Part shown: positions 36,317-43,695 of the stretch, piece by piece
Layout: each line of letters begins with the position of its first letter
Position numbering within the stretch: the first letter of the stretch is position 1
Source: Thermoplasmata archaeon
Lineage (GTDB): Archaea; Thermoplasmatota; Thermoplasmata; Lutacidiplasmatales; UBA184
NCBI GenBank assembly: GCA_049675585.1
Contig: JBAUAJ010000168.1
Span: 12,388-76,387, forward strand
DNA: 64,000 nt
Direction of reading: 5' to 3'
The notes under the pieces: model-generated
Told to the model about the DNA's origin: nothing
Seen by the model: only the letters and a program-made list of their open reading frames with translations
Database searches by the model: none
Position numbers and translations under genes: made by a program

Positions 36317-37990
36317 ATGCTGACAGGACAGACGCCGATCTTTGTGCTGAAGGAAGGAACAAGGCGCGAGAAGGGCCGCGGAGCCCTCTCCAACAACATC
36401 CAGGCCGCGAAGGCGATCGGGGACGCGGTGCGCTCGACCCTCGGGCCCCGCGGGCTCGACAAGATGCTGGTCGATTCGATGGGCGACGTCGTCGTCACGA
36501 ACGACGGCGTGACGATCCTCAAGGAGATGGACGTCGAGCACCCGGCCGCGAAGATGCTGGTCGAGGTCGCGAAGACCCAGGACCAGGAAGCGGGCGACGG
36601 CACGACGACGGCGGTCATCCTGACCTCGGAGCTGTTGAAGCGCGCCGAGGAGCTCATCGAGCAGAACATCCACCCCACGATCATCTCGCAGGGCTACCGG
36701 ATGGCCTCGACGAAGGCGCTCGAGCTCCTGCAGAGCGTCAGCCAGCCCGTGAAGATCGAGGACGTCGCGACCCTGAAGCGGATCGCGGTCACCTCGATGT
36801 CCTCGAAGTCCGTATCGTTCAACAGCGAGCTGATGGCCGACATCGCCGTGAAGGCGATTGTCGCCGTCGCCGACAAGAAGGGCGCCGGCTACTCGGTCGA
36901 CTTGGACAACGTCCAGGTGATCAAGAAGCAGGGCGGCTCGATGACCGACACGCAGCTCATCGAGGGGATCATCGTCGACAAGGAGAAGGTCCACTCGGGG
37001 ATGCCGTCCCGCGTCGAGAACCCGAAGATCGCGCTCCTGGACGCCGCGCTCGAGATCAAGAAGACGGAGATCGACGCGAAGATCGAGATCAACGACCCGA
37101 CGCAGCTCAACGCCTTCCTCGGCGAGGAAGAGAACATGATCCGTCGGATGGTCGACCAGGTGAAGAAGTCCGGCGCGACCGTCGTGCTCTGCCAGAAGGG
37201 GATCGACGACCTCGCGCAGCATTTCCTCGCGAAGGACGGCATCTACGCGGTCCGCCGCGTGAAGAAGTCCGACATGGAGAAGCTCGCGAAGGCGACCGGG
37301 GCGAACATCGTCTCGAAGGTCAGCGAACTGACCCCCGAGGACGTCGGTTCGGCCGGCCTGGTCGAAGAGCGCAAGATCGGCGACGACGCCCTCACGTTCG
37401 TGACCGGCGCCAAGAAGGCGCGCGCGGTCTCGATCCTGATCCGCGGTGGCACCGAGCATGTGATCGACGAGATCGAGCGGTCGCTCGATGACGCGCTCAA
37501 CGTGGTCGCGGTCGCTGTCGAAGACGGACGATTCGTGGTCGGCGGTGGCGCGACGGCGATCGAGCTCGCGATGCACCTGCGGGACGAGGCGGCCAAGGTC
37601 GGCGGGCGCGAGCAGATCGCGTTCGAGAGCTTCGCCGAGGCGCTCGAGACGATCCCGCGCACCCTCGCGGAGAACGCCGGGCTCGACCCGATCGATATCC
37701 TGATCGAGCTGCGCAAGGCCCACAAGGCCGGCCAGAAGTCGGCGGGCGTCAACGTCCACTCCGGCAAGGTCGACAACATGCAGACCCTGAACGTCATCGA
37801 GCCGATCCGGGTCGGCCGCCAGGCGATCGAGAGCGCCACCGACGCCGCGGTCATGATCCTGCGGATCGACGACGTCATCGCATCCAAGTCGAGCCCGCCG
37901 CCCTCGGGCGGCGGCCCCGGAGGCCCGGGCGGCATGGGCGGTATGGGTGGCATGGGCGGAATGGGCGGCGGCGACTTCGGCGAGGACTAG
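36317..37990 (+). CDS. ths: thermosome subunit (group II chaperonin)
   Basis: [43 protein letters not shown] and VGGGATAIE are present, with a C-terminal (GGM)n tail. Confidence 0.95.
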   Translation: MLTGQTPIFVLKEGTRREKGRGALSNNIQAAKAIGDAVRSTLGPRGLDKMLVDSMGDVVVTNDGVTILKEMDVEHPAAKMLVEVAKTQDQEAGDGTTTAVILTSELLKRAEELIEQNIHPTIISQGYRMASTKALELLQSVSQPVKIEDVATLKRIAVTSMSSKSVSFNSELMADIAVKAIVAVADKKGAGYSVDLDNVQVIKKQGGSMTDTQLIEGIIVDKEKVHSGMPSRVENPKIALLDAALEIKKTEIDAKIEINDPTQLNAFLGEEENMIRRMVDQVKKSGATVVLCQKGIDDLAQHFLAKDGIYAVRRVKKSDMEKLAKATGANIVSKVSELTPEDVGSAGLVEERKIGDDALTFVTGAKKARAVSILIRGGTEHVIDEIERSLDDALNVVAVAVEDGRFVVGGGATAIELAMHLRDEAAKVGGREQIAFESFAEALETIPRTLAENAGLDPIDILIELRKAHKAGQKSAGVNVHSGKVDNMQTLNVIEPIRVGRQAIESATDAAVMILRIDDVIASKSSPPPSGGGPGGPGGMGGMGGMGGMGGGDFGED

Positions 37991-38029
37991 AGCGGTCCCC
38001 CGCACCCCGGCCGAACCTTTTCCAATCTT

Positions 38030-38066
38030 CCCGGGGGGAACACCCCCCGGGAGGACCTGATGTTTT
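38030..38066 (+). terminator. perfect 9-bp GC hairpin followed by a T-tract, downstream of the thermosome gene
   Basis: CCCGGGGGG (38030-38) AACA CCCCCCGGG (38043-51), then TTTT at 38063-66. It lies between the convergent ths and rdgB-like genes. A role in archaeal termination is inferred only. Confidence 0.4.
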
Positions 38067-38086
38067 CTCCGGACGCACAACGCGCG

Positions 38087-38653
38087 CTACTTCGCGCGGC
38101 GTGCCAGGAACTCGCCGACCTTCCGCGTCGCGCGGGCGCGGTGGGAGATCTCGTTCTTATCGGCGGCCGGTCCCTCGGCGAAAGTCTTCGACCAACCGTC
38201 CGGAACGAAGATCGGGTCGTAGCCGAACCCGCCGCGACCGGCGGGCGCCCGGGCGATCCGTCCGTGGACCTCGCCGGCGAACGTCCAGTGCTGCCGCCCG
38301 CGGCGCAGTCCCGCCACCGTCCGGAAGTAGGCGGCCCGGTCCCGGCGGCGGAGCAGCTCGAACAGGGGCCCGAACTTCCAGATCTTGAGGAAGTGGGCCG
38401 AGTAGACCCCGGGAAACCCCGCGAGGGACGGAACGAAAAGCCCGGAGTCCTCCACCAGCACGTACCCCGGGACGTCGCGGACGGCCCCGAGCTTCGCCTC
38501 GACGACCTCCTCGAGCCGCTCCGCCTGAGGTTCGGGGAGGAGCCGACGCTTCCAACGGGCGCGCACACCGTAGGGGGCGAGCACCTCTCGGATCTCGCGG
38601 TACTTTCCGGGGTTCGTGCTGACGAAGGTAACGTCGATCACCGGCCCCGTCAC
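38087..38653 (-). CDS. rdgB: non-canonical purine NTP pyrophosphatase (HAM1/RdgB family)
   Basis: FVSTNPGKYREI, LVEDSGL and GFGYDPIFVP...KNEISHR are present. Its GTG start overlaps the nitroreductase TGA (GTGA). Confidence 0.85.
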   Translation of the reverse strand: MTGPVIDVTFVSTNPGKYREIREVLAPYGVRARWKRRLLPEPQAERLEEVVEAKLGAVRDVPGYVLVEDSGLFVPSLAGFPGVYSAHFLKIWKFGPLFELLRRRDRAAYFRTVAGLRRGRQHWTFAGEVHGRIARAPAGRGGFGYDPIFVPDGWSKTFAEGPAADKNEISHRARATRKVGEFLARRAK

Positions 38654-39189
38654 CAGGGATAGGCGTCGTAGGCGATGATCTCGTCCGGGCTCTTGCGGCC
38701 GTCCTCGGGGGGGGGACGCGAGGAGCCATTCGCCTCGGCCGGGAACCCGATCGGGATGAGCGCGATCGGATGGATCCCTTCGGGGACCTTCAGCACAGAG
38801 CGGACCTTCTCCTCGTTGAAGTCGATGATCCAGTTGGTGGCAAGACCCGCCGCGGTGGCGGCCAGCTGGATGTGATCGACCGCGACGGCGACGTCGAGCG
38901 GGTAGGCCGAGATGTACCCACCGATCGTGATCGGAATGTCCTCCTCCACAGCGAACGCCACGATGGCGATGGGCGCCTCCGCGATCAGCTTCCCGCGGCT
39001 GGACGCCTGCGCGAGGAGCCGTTTCCGCTCGTCGTCCTGCACGATCACGAACCGCCACGGCTGCAGGTTGTGGTGACTGTGGGCGAGCCGGGCGGCGGAG
39101 AGGACGGTCTTGAGCGTCTCGGGCGGCACCGGCCGCGACTGGAACGATAGGCACGGCCGGTAGGCGCGAATGGCGTCGAGAACGTCCAT
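38650..39189 (-). CDS. nitroreductase-family protein
   Basis: AARLAHSHHNLQPWRFVIV matches the nitroreductase FMN-binding pattern. 179 aa from ATG 39189. The 455-aa track ORF is an over-extension. Confidence 0.8.
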   Translation of the reverse strand: MDVLDAIRAYRPCLSFQSRPVPPETLKTVLSAARLAHSHHNLQPWRFVIVQDDERKRLLAQASSRGKLIAEAPIAIVAFAVEEDIPITIGGYISAYPLDVAVAVDHIQLAATAAGLATNWIIDFNEEKVRSVLKVPEGIHPIALIPIGFPAEANGSSRPPPEDGRKSPDEIIAYDAYPW

Positions 39190-39388
39190 TACGAAGACCC
39201 GGTAGAAGTCGTGCGGAGGGGGGCCAATCGGCCCTAGCCCTCGATCCCAGGACGAATCATCCGACCGTACGACGCACACCCGGATTAAAAAGAGTATCTT
39301 TGGGGCGGGAGACTGACCTCGCGGTGGAATCGGCTCCCCTCTCGACTCTCGAGGGGATCCGGCGCGCTCTCCTCTCCGGGCCGCCGAG

Positions 39389-41146
39389 CTATCGCGCACT
39401 CGCGACCGAGTCGACCCAGTCGTGAACCCGGCGTTCCAGGATCTCGAGCGGGAGCGCGCTCTGCTCGAGCACCACGTCGTGGAATGCGCGCAGGTCGAAC
39501 CGTTCCCCGAGTCGCCTTTCGGCGTGGGTGCGGAGCTCGCGGATCTTGAGCTGACCGATCTTGTAGCCGAGCGCCTGGCCCGGCCAGACGATGTAGCGAT
39601 CGACCTCGACCCCGATGTCGAGGTCGCTCTTGCCCGTGTGCTCGCGGAAGAACTGGATCGCTCGGTCGCGCGACCAGCCGAGGGCGTGCATCCCCGTGTC
39701 CACCACCAGGCGGATCGACCGCCACATGTCGAACGTGAGCTGTCCGAACCGGGAGTACGGGTCCTCGAACAGACCGAGCTCCTCGCCCAGGCTCTCGGAG
39801 TAAAGACCCCACCCTTCGACGAACGCTCCGTACCCGGCGAACTTTCGGAACTCCGGAGCGTTCTCGAGCTCCTGGCCGAGGGACAACTGGAGGTGGTGGC
39901 CGGGTACCGATTCGTGCAGGCAGAGAGCCTCCATCTCCCACCGAGGGCGTGCGGTGAGGTCGTAGGTGTTCGCGAAGAAGTACCCCGGGCGGCCGGTGGC
40001 CGGAGCGCCCCACACATAGTACGCAGCCGGAGAGGAGCGGGCCCGATAGTCGGGAACGGGGAGGACTCCGTACGGAAGTCGCGGGAGCCGTCCGAACAGT
40101 CGGGCGAGGGCGGGGTCCGTCTTCTTCGCGATCACACGGTAGCCGTTGACCAACTCCTCGGCGGTCGCGAAGTAGAATCGCTTCTCGGTGCGCATGAACT
40201 CGTTGAATTCGGAGAGGGAACCCGCGAACCCCGTGGATCGGGCGACCGTCTCCATCTCGGACCGGATCCGGCGTACTTCGGCGAGGCCGATCTCATGGAT
40301 CGCCTTGGGGTCGAGGGCCGTGGTCGTCTGCCAACGGACATGGAACGGATACGACGCCTTTCCAGTCGGGAGATTCGTCGCCGCGATCGTCTCACGGCAG
40401 GCGGGCAGGTACTCCGAAACGAGGTAGGAGTGGAGCCGCTCGAACGACTCGGTGACCGGACCTTCGAAGAGGCGTTTCGCCGCCGCCAGCATTTCGGCCC
40501 GCTGGGCCGGCGGAAGGTGGTCGGGGAGCTTCGCGAGCGGGAGGAGCAACGGGCTCGACATCGGGTCTCCCGGCAGGAGCCCCCGGATCTGCTCCGGGAC
40601 CCCTCGCACCGCGATCCGCGGCGGGGAGTACCCGTGCGACAGCCCTGCGCGGAGCAACGCGATCTGCTGATCGATCGCCGCGGGCAGGCGTTCGAGCCGC
40701 AGTCGATACGCCGTAAGGTCGGCCACGGTCGTCAGCGGTTGGAGGTCGAACGATTCGGCGGCGGTGATGTGAATGCCCTCCATCTGGTTGATCGGGGTCC
40801 AGAGGTTGTGCGGTACGACCGCCCGCAGCGGCAGCGGATCGTCCCCGAATTCGAGGCCGCCCTCGGCGGTTTCGAGCAGCTCCAGATAGAGATCGAAGTT
40901 GAGCCGGTCGGAGGAGGAGTGCGAGGCCCGATCGAATGTTCGGAGCCGGGCGAGACTCGCGCGCAGATGCAGGGTGCGCTTCGATATCCCGTCCGCCGAG
41001 TCGTCCCTCCATCGGTCGTTCTGACCGGGAAACCCCGTCTCGGTGGCGTGGTCCGGGTATTCGGCCATCCATTGCGCCCAATCCTCGGTGAAGTAGGAGC
41101 GCAGATCGGCCGACTTTGACGGGCTGGAAGCGCGATGGTTCGTCAT
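39389..41146 (-). CDS. DUF885-family protein (metallopeptidase-like HExxPGHH)
   Basis: 585 aa. LHESVPGHHLQ and the overall pattern are typical of DUF885. Confidence 0.85.
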   Translation of the reverse strand: MTNHRASSPSKSADLRSYFTEDWAQWMAEYPDHATETGFPGQNDRWRDDSADGISKRTLHLRASLARLRTFDRASHSSSDRLNFDLYLELLETAEGGLEFGDDPLPLRAVVPHNLWTPINQMEGIHITAAESFDLQPLTTVADLTAYRLRLERLPAAIDQQIALLRAGLSHGYSPPRIAVRGVPEQIRGLLPGDPMSSPLLLPLAKLPDHLPPAQRAEMLAAAKRLFEGPVTESFERLHSYLVSEYLPACRETIAATNLPTGKASYPFHVRWQTTTALDPKAIHEIGLAEVRRIRSEMETVARSTGFAGSLSEFNEFMRTEKRFYFATAEELVNGYRVIAKKTDPALARLFGRLPRLPYGVLPVPDYRARSSPAAYYVWGAPATGRPGYFFANTYDLTARPRWEMEALCLHESVPGHHLQLSLGQELENAPEFRKFAGYGAFVEGWGLYSESLGEELGLFEDPYSRFGQLTFDMWRSIRLVVDTGMHALGWSRDRAIQFFREHTGKSDLDIGVEVDRYIVWPGQALGYKIGQLKIRELRTHAERRLGERFDLRAFHDVVLEQSALPLEILERRVHDWVDSVASAR

Positions 41147-41227
41147 GGATCCTCTGCCTCCGGAGGCACCTCTAGGCGGGTTACGCTGAGTAATAGCGCC
41201 GACGGCCGACGGGGATCTCGACCGACG

Positions 41228-41291
41228 CCCGCGCGAGCGTGGGAGGGGGGTCTCCCCGGTAGCTTGCGATCGTTAGCGACGCTCGCGCGGG
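41228..41291. other. GC-rich Y-shaped inverted-repeat structure (13-bp perfect closing stem)
   Basis: CCCGCGCGAGCGT (41228-40) pairs perfectly with ACGCTCGCGCGGG (41279-91). The 38-nt interior contains two smaller hairpins: GGGAG/CTCCC at 41241-56, and GCT.GC/G..AGC at 41262-77. Confidence 0.5.
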
Positions 41292-41303
41292 TCGACGGAT
41301 CGT

Positions 41304-41528
41304 CTAGCGGAACGAGGCGACCGGGGCGCGGCTCAGCGGTGCGGCCCACCAGGCCATCCCGGAGAGGTCGGTCGAAGGCGCTTCGCAGAGGTCGCGGTGC
41401 TGCACGACGAACGGGATCGCGGCCGGGCTCGAGTATCCGCCGGGCACGGAGATCTCGTGTCCGCAATCGAGGCGGATCGTCAGCTCGGCCAGCAGTCGGC
41501 TGCGGGTCTCTGCGATTTGGTCGCTCAT
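41304..41528 (-). CDS. hypothetical small protein (74 aa)
   Basis: The sequence begins MSDQIAETRSRLLAELTIRLDCGHEISVPGGYSSPAAIPFVVQHRDLCEAPS... Its ATG overlaps the TGA of the upstream surface-protein gene (ATGA). Confidence 0.4.
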   Translation of the reverse strand: MSDQIAETRSRLLAELTIRLDCGHEISVPGGYSSPAAIPFVVQHRDLCEAPSTDLSGMAWWAAPLSRAPVASFR

Positions 41529-42538
41529 TCTTCTTCCTCTACGTAGACTAGGTCGGAGCGGGATCGGCGGGCGCGGCGAGTCGCTGCGGCGAGGCCGAGG
41601 GAGGCGATCAGGGCGGCCCCGGCGACGGCGGCGAGGTCGGTCGTCGGCAGATGGCCCGGGAGGGGCAGGTTCGGCCCGATCGGCTGGGCCGGCGAGATGC
41701 TCATCGTAGCCGTGTAGTTGATCGCCTTCGCGTCGGCGGCGGGCGCCCCGAACGAGACCGCCAGCGTCCCTCCTTCGGGTGTCAGGGAGAGAAGGGAGCT
41801 CGCGATCGGGATCGTCCGGAGTATCCCGGAAGAGTTGGTGACATCCGCGCTCGGAGAGGCGTTCAGGTAAGCGGCCGGGGCGGCCGACCGGTTGGCCACG
41901 CTCAGGATCGTCGGCGAACCCGCCGTCCCGAGGTTCACGAGGTGTTCGTTCGATGGGCTGGCGGGAGCGAGCGTCAGATTCGCCTGCAGGTTCTCCGCGA
42001 GCGGCTGCCACGGCCAGCCGGCGACCGAGAGGGTGATCGTCACGTTGCGGTCGGCCGGGCCGGCCGCACCGGGGGTGTCGAGGAGGACGAACGTCACGGT
42101 TACGTCCGCGGTACCGAGGGAAGCGACCCCGAGGGTCACGGGGACGAGGGAGTGGTAGGCGAGGGAGTAGACGTTCGGCGCCGAGAGGTTGGTCGCAGCC
42201 CAGGTCGCCGACCCGAGCGACGCAGTGGCGGTGACCACGCCGAGGGTGCTCGTCTCCGTGAGCGCGCCGGCCCCCATCCACATGCCGGCGGTCCGGGCGC
42301 TGTTCGCGGTCACGGCGACCGCGGGGACGTGAGGATCGAACGTGCATCGAACCACCGAGTTGTTCCACGCGCCCGGGGTGTAGCCGGTCGATGGGGGAGT
42401 GTAGACGGGGGCGGCGTGGGCCGACGGGGGCAAGGCGAGGAGAAGAACGATGGCGACCGCCGCGACTCCCCCCAGGGGCAGGTGGGCCCGGGGGAGGCCG
42501 GGGTCTCGGATTCGGGCGGCCGTCATCGACCTAAGCAT
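41525..42538 (-). CDS. secreted/anchored surface protein with many N-glycosylation sequons
   Basis: It has a signal-like N-terminus (VAAVAIVLLLALPPSAHA) and 8 N-x-S/T sequons. The body is rich in Thr, Ser and Ala. The C-terminus has a TM helix followed by RRARRSR and an EEEE tail. Confidence 0.6.
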   Translation of the reverse strand: MLRSMTAARIRDPGLPRAHLPLGGVAAVAIVLLLALPPSAHAAPVYTPPSTGYTPGAWNNSVVRCTFDPHVPAVAVTANSARTAGMWMGAGALTETSTLGVVTATASLGSATWAATNLSAPNVYSLAYHSLVPVTLGVASLGTADVTVTFVLLDTPGAAGPADRNVTITLSVAGWPWQPLAENLQANLTLAPASPSNEHLVNLGTAGSPTILSVANRSAAPAAYLNASPSADVTNSSGILRTIPIASSLLSLTPEGGTLAVSFGAPAADAKAINYTATMSISPAQPIGPNLPLPGHLPTTDLAAVAGAALIASLGLAAATRRARRSRSDLVYVEEEE

Positions 42539-42561
42539 GCGGGGAGGGGTCTACCCCGTTT

Positions 42562-42591
42562 TTGGTCCAAGGGCGGAAACGGTTGGTCCAA
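42562..42591. promoter_or_regulatory. two copies of palindromic TTGGTCCAA spaced 21 bp start-to-start (candidate operator)
   Basis: The copies lie at 42562-42570 and 42583-42591, in the 64-nt gap between the regulator stop (42603) and the surface-protein ATG (42538). The proximal copy abuts an A-tract that is the only TATA-like element there. Confidence 0.45.
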
Positions 42592-42602
42592 ACCCGCTAA
42601 AC

Positions 42603-43130
42603 TCAAGGTCGGAGCAGCTCCGACCACGTCTCCAGCAACCGCTCGGCCCAGGCGTCCGCGAATCCGGTCCGATAGACCACGAGCAGTCGTACGACGCGCT
42701 CCCGGTCGGTCGGTTCGAACGTCCGCAGACGCCCGCGTCGGCCCGTCGTCACGAGCCCGGTCTCGAGGAGGCGGCGCAAGTGGACCGAGAGCCGGCCGAC
42801 GCTGAGCCCCGTTTTCTCCGTAAGATCGGGGACGGTCTGCGTACCGTGTTCGAGCAGCGCGAGCACGAGGCGACGCGCCGAGGCGGAGCGCATCAACCCG
42901 AGCAGTCGGCGGTCCGCGAGGGGGACCTCTGCAACAAAGTAGTGATCCTGATGTCCGGCGCGCTCCCGGTGGAGCAGGCCGGCGCCGATCAGCCGATCGA
43001 GGTGGTAGACGGTCTCACCCCAGCCCGTGCCGGCCGCCCGCTGGACCTCCCGGCCGCCGATCCCCGGGGCGAGGCGTACCGCCTCGTACAAGCGACGCCG
43101 GGTTTCGAGGGCGAGTGGGTCGTCCTCCAT
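42603..43130 (-). CDS. transcriptional regulator with two winged-helix (ArsR/MarR-like) domains
   Basis: There are two wHTH units: ...REVQRAAGTGWGETVYHLDRLIGAGLLHRE... and ...TVPDLTEKTGLSVGRLSVHLRRLLETGLVTT... 175 aa. Confidence 0.75.
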   Translation of the reverse strand: MEDDPLALETRRRLYEAVRLAPGIGGREVQRAAGTGWGETVYHLDRLIGAGLLHRERAGHQDHYFVAEVPLADRRLLGLMRSASARRLVLALLEHGTQTVPDLTEKTGLSVGRLSVHLRRLLETGLVTTGRRGRLRTFEPTDRERVVRLLVVYRTGFADAWAERLLETWSELLRP

Positions 43131-43133
43131 CGA

Positions 43134-43412
43134 CTAGACGTGACGGGGCCACAGGGTCGTCGCGAGCGACAGGAGCGCGACCGCGAGGACCAGCAGCTCG
43201 GGATGTAGGGACGCGACCGCCCAGGATGGCGGGGCGACGGGGAGCTGCCCCCAGGCCCAGACGGCGCCGAGCGCTACGAGTCCCGCATTCGACCCGGCGA
43301 GCATCAGGAATCGCCCGTCCCTTGACCGGCTCCACGCGACGAACGGCATGGCCGCATTCAAGCACGAGACACCCGCGATCAGAACCGCGACGAATAGCTC
43401 CGGGAGGACCAC
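43134..43412 (-). CDS. small 3-TM membrane protein (92 aa)
   Basis: Three hydrophobic helices. It has a GTG start. A 3-nt gap separates it from the regulator gene downstream. Confidence 0.55.
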   Translation of the reverse strand: MVLPELFVAVLIAGVSCLNAAMPFVAWSRSRDGRFLMLAGSNAGLVALGAVWAWGQLPVAPPSWAVASLHPELLVLAVALLSLATTLWPRHV

Positions 43413-43427
43413 GCGAGTCGACTCGCG
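43412..43427. promoter_or_regulatory. perfect 16-bp palindrome CGCGAGTCGACTCGCG (candidate operator)
   Basis: It lies exactly between the TATA-like TCTTAAA (43436-43442 on the + strand as TTTAAGA) and the GTG start (43412) of the membrane-protein/regulator operon. Confidence 0.5.
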
Positions 43428-43695
43428 GAGCTCGGTTTAAGAGATTGTCCCCGAGACGAAGCCGCGGGCGGGCCGGCTCCCCGAAGGCCGTTCGGGAGTC
43501 ACCCGGTCGAAGGGAGAGACCGGAGAGTCTGTCGGAGTCCCCCGAATTCTCCTTGAATCAGGTTACCGGCCCGACGCGCTCGCTTGTCGAACGAATGGTT
43601 AAATATGGCTGACACGGCTCGGGCAGCCCTGCTGACAACCGTCCGACAAACGGGCGTTCGTCGGCGACGGATTGCAGGTCGGGAGGGCGCGCTCG

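Noticed and set aside
37915-37975. GGC/ATG-rich tandem repeat near the thermosome 3' end
   Set aside because: It encodes the (GGM)n C-terminal tail typical of chaperonins. It is not an independent repeat element.
39281-39295. A/T-rich CTTTTTAATCC (minus strand) between the DUF885 and nitroreductase genes
   Set aside because: It could be either an oligo-T terminator for DUF885 or a TATA box for the nitroreductase operon. It lies about 97 nt from either gene, so its role cannot be assigned from sequence and it was not listed as a feature.
41155-41168. 14-nt perfect palindrome TGCCTCCGGAGGCA upstream of the DUF885 gene
   Set aside because: It contains the GGAGG ribosome-binding site 10 nt before ATG 41146. 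The palindromy may be incidental to CCTCC/GGAGG, and I have no second copy or other support for an operator role.
41525-41650. C-terminus of the surface protein as a PGF-CTERM/archaeosortase signal
   Set aside because: The sequence has PGHLPTTD plus a TM helix and a basic patch. It lacks the PGF tripeptide and continues with a further 12 residues ending in EEEE, so it does not fit the sorting-signal pattern.
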